IMG/VR virus record: IMGVR_UViG_2802429241_000006
Location: 1 to 16,232 of that record
Strand: one strand, 5' to 3'
Origin: a virus
Lineage: Duplodnaviria; Heunggongvirae; Uroviricota; Caudoviricetes
Length of the DNA: 16,232 bases
Shown here: positions 1-7,670 of the stretch, one piece after another
Position numbering within the stretch: position 1 is the stretch's first letter
How the letters are laid out: every line of letters starts with the position of its first letter
Position numbers and translations under genes: made by a program
The notes under the pieces: model-generated
The model's database searches: none
The model's input: only the letters and a program-made list of their open reading frames with translations
What the model was told of the DNA's origin: nothing

Positions 1-1131
1 TCAAATAACCAGTTTTTTCCACTCCTTACCGCGTGCGTCGTTGTAAATATCGGTCATTTTTTGATTCGAATGACCCAGCAAAATTTTGGTATCAATTCCC
101 TGTTCTCTGAACAATCTTTCTGATAAAGATCTTTGCTCATGGAAAGAGGGTGGAGTGCCATTAGCACGCCAGTTGTAATCCACAGAATCCCGGGCTTTTT
201 TAAATGCAACTGTTAACGTTGCTGGTTTAACCATCCCGCCGCGCTTACCCATCCCCTTAGCGTGATGATGGTGCAATAACCACGGACTAAGGATGTAATC
301 ACGACAGGATGACACCACGTCACCTAGGGTCAGATTTAATTTGTCGCAACGCAGAGCCAGAGGAATGGCTATCCGGGCTCCTGTTTTTTGCTGTTCGACA
401 TGAAGGTAACCATCCCGGATATCCGAAAACTGCATTTTGCAAATATCCGAAAGACGCTGGCCCGTCATCAGTGCCAGCAGCATGCCGCGCTGTAAAAAGT
501 AACCATCCTTTTCCGCTGCGTTATAAATCATCATCCACTCATCAAAAGTCAGTCGCTGTCTTGATATCCGCACTTGCGGTTTTTTTGCCGATTCAGCCGG
601 GTTAAAGCCTGGCGGGACATCACCCGTTTGTTGAGCCTCCCGGAAAACATCGATCAATACCTTCCTGAAAATTTGTCCCATTCTGTTATGTCCCTTTGCC
701 TTGTATTCTTCCAGCACCGATACCACATCTTTTACGGTTATGGCATCTAGCGGCCTGGCTCCAAAACGTTCATCAAACACCCTGAGAGGAGCCGCTTTTT
801 GCTTCAGCGTGCTGAGTTTGATCTCTCCGTTCTCATATCTTTCCTGTTGAATTTTTCTGTAATTATTCAGAAAAATGGAAACGGTTGATGCGCCGCCGGT
901 ATCACTAATAATTTTCTCCTGCAGACTGAGCATTTGCTCCATTTGTTGTCTGGCAAGACGGCTGTTCGCTTCTGCTGCAATGGTTTCTGCCAGTTTCTGG
1001 TCAATACTGCCGAGTCCATGATTTTTACCTGTGATGGGATGCCTGTAACGCCAGTAAACTTTGTTATTTCTTTTGTCAAAATACGGAGATAAACCCGGAA
1101 CATCGGTTTTATATTTTCGCGGGCGCGCCAT
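1..1131 (-). CDS. int: Tyrosine-type phage integrase (site-specific recombinase), 376 aa, complete
   Basis: Full ORF with ATG at 1131..1129 and TGA stop at 3..1. Lies at the edge of the prophage module and overlaps the excisionase gene. C-terminal region (LLGHSNQKMTDIY) is consistent with a tyrosine recombinase catalytic domain. Family assignment is from recollection, not a search. Confidence 0.85.
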   Translation of the reverse strand: MARPRKYKTDVPGLSPYFDKRNNKVYWRYRHPITGKNHGLGSIDQKLAETIAAEANSRLARQQMEQMLSLQEKIISDTGGASTVSIFLNNYRKIQQERYENGEIKLSTLKQKAAPLRVFDERFGARPLDAITVKDVVSVLEEYKAKGHNRMGQIFRKVLIDVFREAQQTGDVPPGFNPAESAKKPQVRISRQRLTFDEWMMIYNAAEKDGYFLQRGMLLALMTGQRLSDICKMQFSDIRDGYLHVEQQKTGARIAIPLALRCDKLNLTLGDVVSSCRDYILSPWLLHHHHAKGMGKRGGMVKPATLTVAFKKARDSVDYNWRANGTPPSFHEQRSLSERLFREQGIDTKILLGHSNQKMTDIYNDARGKEWKKLVI

Positions 1132-1357
1132 CTTCCAGTATCCTCTTCAAAGCAGGGTGATCTGTGGCGATCACCTCAGGCTTGTTTACCATTCCGACAA
1201 AGCGAGCGCGTGGATCCACTCGCCAGTGCCTTCCTACTTTTTTGGGGAGAGGAAATATCATTCCGGCTTTAGCGTATTTACTTAACGTACCCGGAGTAGG
1301 GACCGGTTCACTGAATTCCTCTTTTGCCCACTCAGTGAGCAGAATAAGTCTTGCCAT
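1109..1357 (-). CDS. xis: Excisionase (lambda Xis-like), 82 aa
   Basis: Small ORF immediately upstream of int and overlapping its start by 23 nt. N-terminus LILLTEWAKEEF...IFPLPKKVGRHWRV follows the lambda Xis pattern (LTLQEWNARQ...IFPPPVKDGREY). Confidence 0.75.
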   Translation of the reverse strand: MARLILLTEWAKEEFSEPVPTPGTLSKYAKAGMIFPLPKKVGRHWRVDPRARFVGMVNKPEVIATDHPALKRILEDGAPAKI

Positions 1358-1421
1358 GAGCGTCGTTCACTAATCATGGTCGCCGCCACTATAGCTGGTG
1401 GGCGACGACCGGGGTTGAACA

Positions 1422-3893
1422 TTAAAAATCAGCCTGATTCGGGATCAGTTTTTGCCAGATAGCTGAAACGTATTTTGCCTGGTAACGGGCGTCATCAAGT
1501 GCATTATGGCGCTCACCTTCGAATGGGATAGCAGTTCTGGCATCGAAGTCTATGGCTTTCCCCAGCTCAACGATTGTGCGTACATCGCGATCGTTGTGGT
1601 AGCGCCACGGGCAGGGGATCCCCTGTCGTTCGTATGAACGGCGTAAAATCACGTTGTCGAAGTTGGCTCCATTTCCCCAGACCTGGACAAAAAATTCACC
1701 GGAGTTTTCGTCGATAAATTCCCGCAATTGCAGTAGTGCATCATCTAACGGAATTTCATCGGTCAGAAGGGCAGATTGCGTCTCACGTGATTGCTTAAGC
1801 CACCATTTAATGACGTCACGATCAATGACTCCGCCAGCAGTATTCAGATCGATGGTCTTGCTAAATTCCGGCCCCATATCTCCGGTTTGTGGATCGAAAA
1901 ATATTGCGCCTATTGAGATAATCGGGGCATCGGGATTTTTTCCCATGGTTTCAAGGTCGATCATCAGATGAATCCCCGCTCTGCTGGTGGATGTGAGATT
2001 ATGATGACTGTTCGCCTTAATTAAGGGATCTGACGCCTCGCCAGTTTCACTATCGCTGGCATGATGCTGATTGCCGCCAGGGTTCTCCTTGTGCTGATGT
2101 GCAGTACCTTCCATTTCCTCCGGATCATTTTCCTGAACTTCAACCTGATTCTCTTCATCGAATGTTTCCTGGTATGTTGCGTCGCCCATCACCGCGCCAC
2201 AATCAGGGCAGCTACCGCCGCCGGTCTGACCGCAGGCGGTGCAGGCTTTTTCCGGCCCCTGTTGCGCTACTGGTTCAACCTGTTTCGTTTCTGGCTCGTT
2301 TTGTTGCGCATTTGGGCTGTTTTGTTCCGTTTTCTGGTCGTTCTGTTCCGATTCTTGCTGGTTCTGGTTTACAGAATCGCGGGTTTCAATCCCCTTCACC
2401 CATTTCGGATCATTCGGGTCGCTAATCCCTGCAACAAATTCTCCGCGAGAGGCAGCAAGCAACTTATCGGCGTCAGGCTGGCTGATATTGGCTGCCTGCA
2501 TAATTTTGTTTACTTCCTCAGCGGTAACTTTTACCGGCTCTGGTTGTGCGGTCGTGTCAGATGCACCAGTATTTTGTTGTGAACCTGAGTATGTACCGTT
2601 TTTGCGGGCAAAATATTCTTCTTTCGTGATTTCAGTAGCCCCTGCAGTCAGCGCCTTATTCAGACCAGAAAGTTTGTTTGCGCGACCATATTTTTCGCCA
2701 TCCTTATCTGTGAAGAGGAAGTAGAACGGCCCCTCACGCTCTACAGATGGTTCGACTTCCACTTTGCATTCGGTTTTTTCGTTGTCCGGAATTGCCGTTT
2801 CCACTGCATCAGTTTCTGGTACTGGCGACGAGAGAGTATCAGTTGCGCTCTGATTTGTTCCTTCATCTTCAAACACGCCCTTTGTAGTCAGGTATTCAGT
2901 AATGTATTTGTTCAGTGCCACAGGGTCTTTGTGAATGTCGATCGGACGTTCACGGACAAGGCCAAAAATAGTCTGGCGGTCGTAGCGAAGGGCATCAGGC
3001 TGTTTGCGCATTGATGCCGAGATACGCTTCCAGTCTTCGCGGTCGTTGTCGATAACTTCATTTTTTGCCCAGCGATGGATGCTGCCGTCAATGTTTCCGG
3101 CATCAATGTCACCAGGCCACAGAGCGTAGGCCAGTTCATCATCCAGTGTTTTCCATGTCTGTTTGTATTCGCGACGAATGGTGGCAGTGGCTGGGGGGAT
3201 TTTCGCTACTGAGTTTTCAGTGTTCTGCCGGTTGACTCTGGCGCAGGCAAGATCAACAACAGACGTGTATTTCCCGGTTTCTTTGCGTTCGGCTTCGCGA
3301 CGTTTTTTCCAGGTGCGTAATTCTGTCTGGATCTCAGGCCATTTTGCACCCGGCTTACATTTATGTTTAACCCACCCGATGGCGAGCAGCTTAAGCTCTG
3401 AATACATGACGTTAACTTCAGGCATTTTCATCAATGCCTCAACGATATGCCCGTCGAATGTTGCCATGTCCTCCTGCAGTAATTCCTGAGCACTAATCAC
3501 CATATCAACGGTGATGTTTTCACATGTACCGAACTTAACCAGGACCGCGTTCTGTACTTCAAGTGACAGCTTGTCAAAATTGACGTTCATCGGATCGGAT
3601 TCTGGTTCGACCGGAATAAAGGAAGCGGATTCCTCATCCCAGCGGTTTTCCTGCATATATTCGGTATCCCAGGAGTCGATAGCAGGACGGGGCATGCCGG
3701 GTTTATCCTCGCAGACAAGAAATTTATAAGCGCAGTCCTGAGCAGCCGGATATTGCTCCAGGAATTGCCAGGTAAATTTGGCACGGGCGCGGCGTTCGTC
3801 ACCGGCTTCAATGGCAGTGGCTACAGCAACTGCACCTTCTTCCTTTATTGCCTGTTCGTCCGGAATGGCGGCGCAAATAAAGACTTTACTCAT
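1422..3893 (-). CDS. Prophage exonuclease, 823 aa (often annotated exodeoxyribonuclease VIII-like), with a C-terminal DnaQ-like DEDDh 3'-5' exonuclease domain
   Basis: Long ORF with GAGG about 10 nt upstream of the ATG. The C-terminal ~190 aa carry the three DEDDh motifs: MIDLETMG (Exo I), WGNGANFD (Exo II) and HNALDDA (Exo III). An internal CTACGQTGGGSCPDCG zinc-ribbon-like motif and a Q/N/E-rich linker are present. N-terminal similarity to RecE-like proteins is from memory only. Confidence 0.7.
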   Translation of the reverse strand: MSKVFICAAIPDEQAIKEEGAVAVATAIEAGDERRARAKFTWQFLEQYPAAQDCAYKFLVCEDKPGMPRPAIDSWDTEYMQENRWDEESASFIPVEPESDPMNVNFDKLSLEVQNAVLVKFGTCENITVDMVISAQELLQEDMATFDGHIVEALMKMPEVNVMYSELKLLAIGWVKHKCKPGAKWPEIQTELRTWKKRREAERKETGKYTSVVDLACARVNRQNTENSVAKIPPATATIRREYKQTWKTLDDELAYALWPGDIDAGNIDGSIHRWAKNEVIDNDREDWKRISASMRKQPDALRYDRQTIFGLVRERPIDIHKDPVALNKYITEYLTTKGVFEDEGTNQSATDTLSSPVPETDAVETAIPDNEKTECKVEVEPSVEREGPFYFLFTDKDGEKYGRANKLSGLNKALTAGATEITKEEYFARKNGTYSGSQQNTGASDTTAQPEPVKVTAEEVNKIMQAANISQPDADKLLAASRGEFVAGISDPNDPKWVKGIETRDSVNQNQQESEQNDQKTEQNSPNAQQNEPETKQVEPVAQQGPEKACTACGQTGGGSCPDCGAVMGDATYQETFDEENQVEVQENDPEEMEGTAHQHKENPGGNQHHASDSETGEASDPLIKANSHHNLTSTSRAGIHLMIDLETMGKNPDAPIISIGAIFFDPQTGDMGPEFSKTIDLNTAGGVIDRDVIKWWLKQSRETQSALLTDEIPLDDALLQLREFIDENSGEFFVQVWGNGANFDNVILRRSYERQGIPCPWRYHNDRDVRTIVELGKAIDFDARTAIPFEGERHNALDDARYQAKYVSAIWQKLIPNQADF

Positions 3894-4016
3894 TTTGTTT
3901 TAACCTCATTACAGATTTAAGGATGAACAAATCCCTGCCATTGCTGGCATATAAGAATCAAATCTGATGTATTCATTAAGCTGAATGTCGTATTGTGGCA
4001 GTTATTTTATTACTGC

Positions 4017-4238
4017 TCACCATGACTCTGCTTTTACAGGTAAACCATCACGACCAAGGAAGACTTTAATCATGGTTTCCTTAATACAGTGTTGTGTGGA
4101 AAAATCACGAATATAGAGCCGTTGTTTTTTAATGTTGTTTACCGAAGCAATATATGTTCTTCCTTTATGAATAACATAATCACCGGGAGTCACGCACTGA
4201 CGAGGAATCTCATCAGTTCCGAAGTGATGAGCAATCAT
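4017..4238 (-). CDS. kilR: KilR-like FtsZ-inhibiting killing protein (Rac prophage type), 73 aa
   Basis: Protein [22 protein letters not shown]...[18 protein letters not shown] closely matches my recollection of Rac KilR. The ORF track extends to 4250 (MEII...), but GGAG lies 6 nt upstream of the internal ATG at 4238, giving the expected 73 aa. Confidence 0.75.
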   Translation of the reverse strand: MIAHHFGTDEIPRQCVTPGDYVIHKGRTYIASVNNIKKQRLYIRDFSTQHCIKETMIKVFLGRDGLPVKAESW

Positions 4239-4804
4239 AATTATCTCCATTTTTACAAATGAACTTTGTTGATGCGGTGCCTGGTGCCTCCAGGTGACGT
4301 TAACCAGTTAACAATTAACGCCGGATACAGAGAATCCACCCATAACACTGTTTTTGGTTTTAACTGTTCCGCGTGCGCTTAGCCGCATTCACCGCATCAC
4401 AAAATTCACTTTAAAAAGGGCGGCAGAGCAGTCACGGAGTAAAACTGATACCGCCAAACGCCACCAGAAAATTGATAACAGAGGGCGTTGTAGCGGGGGT
4501 GTCACTTAAGCGTATGGTCAACCTGACAACCCGGTGTCCTCAACGGGGAAGGAATAACCCCGCCATACTTACCGCCGCGCCATTTCGCGGAGTGCCACAA
4601 CCGGAAGCGCACGGTCGACGAAAATTTAACGACAGGCTATCTATGAACCAGCAACCTCGCCGTGCGCTTTCGTGTTATGGTCTGACTTTTCAGGGAAATA
4701 TCCTTTCAGTAAACTGTCAGTGCCGGATGCTCACCCGTGTCCGGCGCACGCACTCCACCTCACCCGTGGAGAACTCCTTAATCACCAACCCTCAGGAGGG
4801 TGAA

Positions 4805-5080
4805 ATGTCGACTGAAAATGATGAAATCATTAACTCCCTGATACGCCAGATTAATAATTTTGATAAAGCATTGCAGCATGCTGCGGCGCGTAGTGATATA
4901 ACTCTTTTAGCAATTTCATTTCTTGCATCTGTTATGGATAAAAATGAAGTCGTACGACAGAGTCTTGTTGATTATATCGACTCGCTTCAACCCGGCACTT
5001 TCAATCATGAGAGCTTCAATCATGAGAAAGAGCATGTTAAATCTGTTATTAATTCTCTTGTTTTGAATCAAAAGAATTAA
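4805..5080 (+). CDS. Hypothetical protein, 91 aa
   Basis: ATG at 4805 preceded by AGGAGG (4794..4799) at 5 nt spacing. Only plus-strand gene in the early-left region. The 111 upstream in-frame codons of track ORF 4472..5080 begin with TTG, lack an RBS and are Arg-rich, so are treated as non-coding. Confidence 0.5.
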   Translation: MSTENDEIINSLIRQINNFDKALQHAAARSDITLLAISFLASVMDKNEVVRQSLVDYIDSLQPGTFNHESFNHEKEHVKSVINSLVLNQKN

Positions 5081-5390
5081 TGCTTTTTGTTGCAAAGTAA
5101 TTTTCAAGGGGTTCTATTCGAATCCCTTTCTTTTTCATTAACAAGCCAAACCCCTTATCAATGATGTTCATTAATTCCAGGAAGTATTTTTCATGCAAAT
5201 CCTGGTTATCAGAGAGTTGCTTCTCTTCGTACAACCCGATAAAGGCGCGACGCACGTTACCGGATATATTATCGATGGTTTCTTTTTCTACGGTACTCAG
5301 GTCAAGAGTCGCCAGTTGGGAACGAACTATATTCGCTGCCATTTCCTGGAATGGTATTGGTAAATCTTTAAATTCCATCGTCAACCTCAT
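5049..5390 (-). CDS. Hypothetical early-left operon protein, 113 aa
   Basis: ORF in the same orientation as, and tightly packed with, neighbouring minus-strand genes (stop of upstream gene at 5394). No recognisable motif. Confidence 0.5.
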   Translation of the reverse strand: MRLTMEFKDLPIPFQEMAANIVRSQLATLDLSTVEKETIDNISGNVRRAFIGLYEEKQLSDNQDLHEKYFLELMNIIDKGFGLLMKKKGIRIEPLENYFATKSINSFDSKQEN

Positions 5391-5393
5391 CAG

Positions 5394-5609
5394 TCAGTAG
5401 TTTTCAATCACTCGTGAAACGTTTAATGCCGCGCTTTTTGCCAGAGTGGTAATATCCTGCTCCGCTGACGCCAGTTCTTTAGAGAGGCGCTCTTTATAGT
5501 CAGCAGCCCGCTTCAGGTCATTAATGGCGCGTATCTTCCCGCACATCCATTCGTAAATTTCATCATCGGTATAGCCTGGTGCGATGATGATGGGTTCTGG
5601 TTTCTGCAT
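5394..5609 (-). CDS. Hypothetical early-left operon protein, 71 aa
   Basis: ORF on the minus strand, closely spaced with the downstream gene; coding-like composition (MQKPEPIIIAPGYTDDEIYEW...). No recognisable motif. Confidence 0.5.
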   Translation of the reverse strand: MQKPEPIIIAPGYTDDEIYEWMCGKIRAINDLKRAADYKERLSKELASAEQDITTLAKSAALNVSRVIENY

Positions 5610-5638
5610 ACTGATTCCTCGCGGTGCTGCTTCGCTTA

Positions 5639-5767
5639 TCAGCCGTTAGATTTTGCCGAGCTGGAAAGCGCCTGTTTAAACTCACTGAAGCTGAGAGCTT
5701 CTTCGCCTTTGGCAAGGCCTTCGAAGTATTCTTCGTAAGCCTTTTCCATGATTGTGTCGAAATCCAT
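5639..5767 (-). CDS. Candidate small ORF, 42 aa (MDFDTIMEKAYEEYFEGLAKGEEALSFSEFKQALSSSAKSNG)
   Basis: ATG at 5767 with AGGTGA RBS-like motif 5 nt upstream. Start lies 2 nt after the stop of the upstream small ORF. Below the track length cutoff. The overlapping 69-aa track ORF in another frame is Arg-rich and GTG-initiated. Confidence 0.3.
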   Translation of the reverse strand: MDFDTIMEKAYEEYFEGLAKGEEALSFSEFKQALSSSAKSNG

Positions 5768-5768
5768 A

Positions 5769-5924
5769 TCACTCACCTGAATTTCTTTCCTGCCAGCGAC
5801 GCGCACCAGATTCGGTTTTAAACGTTTTGCTTTTGGTATACGTCATCGCGGTGAACGTACCGTCCTGGTTTGGGAACACGCCGTACACCAGAGATTCGTT
5901 GTTGCCAAGATCGATAGTATCCAT
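5769..5924 (-). CDS. Candidate small protein, 51 aa (MDTIDLGNNESLVYGVFPNQDGTF...)
   Basis: Internal ATG at 5924 with GAGG 6 nt upstream. The track ORF extends to 6005, but that upstream part lacks an RBS. Confidence 0.35.
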   Translation of the reverse strand: MDTIDLGNNESLVYGVFPNQDGTFTAMTYTKSKTFKTESGARRWQERNSGE

Positions 5925-6216
5925 GTTGACCTCATTTCCCCTTAACGCCGGGGTAGCGGAACAAAAACCTGCTGCATAGTTATTAAAGTTGAACCCTGCC
6001 GTCATGTTCTTACGCCTCGGGCTGGCTACTTACCCCCTGACCACTGCCTGGTAACTCGAAGTATTGCCCTGCATTCTGTGGGATGGGGTGAGGGAATGAA
6101 TGAAGTTTAGAAAAACGAACTTTTCAGGTCAATGTTTTTTTATCAAAACATTTTAGGCAGGCAGCTGTTAAGCCATCACCACGATGGCATACAGTTAATC
6201 AAATAGATGAGGTTGG

Positions 6217-6855
6217 TTAAATATCTTGTTGAATTTTAAAGCATACGCCCAATATGCAAGATAGATCATCCAGCATAATTGAAGGGTAGCGAGGATTCGT
6301 GGGGACTAAAAGAATATCCGGCCCTTCTATCTCCAGTTTACGAATGACAGGTGTTGTGGTCCCTTTGGGTAAGGCAAGGACAATATTTCCTGGTTGTACG
6401 GTTCGATCGGGATCAACAAAAACTGTTGAACCATTTGGGATGGAAACTCCCCCACCAGATGTTGACATACTGTCACTCTCTAGAACAACTGCAAAGGTAT
6501 TGGCCGGGATTTCTCCGACAAGCTGCACACAAGAGGTTATTGAGGAATTTTTCATATAATCACTCCAGCTTGCTGCCTGCTGAAGTGATAGTAGCGGAAC
6601 CGTTTTTATCGGCGGTAAAGATAGATCAAGCGAATCACCTGTATTTAACTCTCCTCCATTAAGAAGCCAATTTTCGTTTACTTTCAATATCTTTGCCAGT
6701 GAAGTTATGTAACGCGAGGACGGCGCTCCTCCACCGTTCATCCATTGACTTACGGAGCCTTTTGATGCGCCAGTGGCATTGACAAGGTCTTTGCCCTTCA
6801 GGTTTAGCGCATGCATACGTTGGGTTATGCGTTCAGATATTGTTTGCTTGCTCAT
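6217..6855 (-). CDS. cI: Phage CI-like repressor, 212 aa (XRE-type HTH plus LexA/S24 peptidase domain)
   Basis: N-terminal HTH (GKDLVNATGASKGSVSQWMNG). C-terminal S24 signature with Ser in ESDSMS and a downstream Lys (VIRKL). Divergently placed relative to the Cro-like gene, a classic immunity-region layout. Confidence 0.85.
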   Translation of the reverse strand: MSKQTISERITQRMHALNLKGKDLVNATGASKGSVSQWMNGGGAPSSRYITSLAKILKVNENWLLNGGELNTGDSLDLSLPPIKTVPLLSLQQAASWSDYMKNSSITSCVQLVGEIPANTFAVVLESDSMSTSGGGVSIPNGSTVFVDPDRTVQPGNIVLALPKGTTTPVIRKLEIEGPDILLVPTNPRYPSIMLDDLSCILGVCFKIQQDI

Positions 6856-6888
6856 GTTTTGATTTTAAAACACAGATGGTTTTGTTTC

Positions 6889-6917
6889 TTGACTTTCTTT
6901 GGTTTTGATTATTAAAC
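6889..6917 (+). promoter_or_regulatory. Candidate PR-like sigma70 promoter for the rightward early operon
   Basis: TTGACT at 6889..6894 and a TATTAA-like -10 about 15-16 bp downstream, ahead of the cro-like RBS (GGAG 6937..6940). GTTTTGATT occurs at 6856..6864 and 6902..6910, flanking the -35. Prediction by eye only. Confidence 0.3.
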
Positions 6918-6946
6918 TTTTGACGTTCAGTTTTATGGAGCGACTC

Positions 6947-7177
6947 ATGAAAAAATCAGAAGTATTAGGCTATTTTGGCGGAGTTGTTAAAACAGCCGCA
7001 GCTCTAGGAACGTCAAAAACCACAGTCAGCATGTGGGGGGAAGAGGTTCCGTGGAAATGGGCGTTGCTAATTCAGGCAGTCACTGCCGGGGCGCTCAAAT
7101 ATGAGTTACACATACCGACGGTTGTCATTCCCGGTTCTGATCATAATCCGCCTTCTAACCAAGGGGGGGATTCATGA
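6947..7177 (+). CDS. Cro-like / YdaS-family small DNA-binding regulator, 76 aa
   Basis: ATG at 6947 with GGAG 6 nt upstream. Divergent from the CI-like repressor. Small protein with an HTH-like region (KTAAALGTSKTTVSMWG). Stop overlaps the next gene start (ATGA at 7174..7177). Confidence 0.6.
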   Translation: MKKSEVLGYFGGVVKTAAALGTSKTTVSMWGEEVPWKWALLIQAVTAGALKYELHIPTVVIPGSDHNPPSNQGGDS

Positions 7178-7599
7178 AAATCAAGCATGAACACATCCGC
7201 ATGGCGATGAATGCCTGGGCGCGTCCTGATGGCGAAAAAGTTCCAGCAGCTGGAATAACCCAGGCTTATTTTGAGTTGGGTATGACGTTTCCTGAACTGT
7301 ATGACGATAGCCATCCGGAAGCCCTGGCTCGCAATACCCAGAAAATTTTCCGCTGGGTAGAGAAAGACACCCCTGATGCAGTTGAAAAAATTCAGGCGTT
7401 GTTACCAGCGATCGAAAAGGCAATGCCACCTTTGCTGGTGGCCAGAATGCGCAGCCACAGTTCAGCTTATTTTCGGGAGCTGGTGGAGACGCGGGAGCGA
7501 CTGGTGAGAGACGCTGATGATTTTGTCGCAGTGGCAATCGCCGGTTTCAATCAGATGAACCGTGGTGGCCCGGCAGGAAATGCTGTGGCAGTACATTGA
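7174..7599 (+). CDS. ydaT: YdaT-like protein, 141 aa (CII-like early regulator; annotated as toxin YdaT family in databases)
   Basis: N-terminus MKIKHEHI matches my recollection of Rac YdaT. Translationally coupled to the Cro-like gene. Sits in the position lambda cII occupies. Confidence 0.6.
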   Translation: MKIKHEHIRMAMNAWARPDGEKVPAAGITQAYFELGMTFPELYDDSHPEALARNTQKIFRWVEKDTPDAVEKIQALLPAIEKAMPPLLVARMRSHSSAYFRELVETRERLVRDADDFVAVAIAGFNQMNRGGPAGNAVAVH

Positions 7600-7670
7600 C
7601 TGACAATAGCCATATCGAATCGCTTCCGGCAACTCGTGAGTAAAAAGATTCGGTATCAGAAGAGGTGAGT

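Noticed and set aside
2061-2724. Plus-strand ORFs of 108-173 aa inside the exonuclease gene
   Set aside because: They are antisense to a well-supported long CDS and are Cys/Phe/Leu-rich and low-complexity, as expected from antisense reading of a Q/N/E-rich coding repeat.
4472-4804. N-terminal 111 codons of the 202-aa track ORF
   Set aside because: TTG start, no RBS, Arg/Pro-rich composition; a strong RBS precedes the internal ATG at 4805 instead.
5563-5772. 69-aa minus-strand ORF (GTG start, Arg-rich)
   Set aside because: It overlaps the better-supported 71-aa and 42-aa ORFs in other frames; composition looks non-coding.
7181-7537. 118-aa minus-strand ORF
   Set aside because: Antisense to the YdaT-like gene, with no RBS and Pro/Cys-rich composition.
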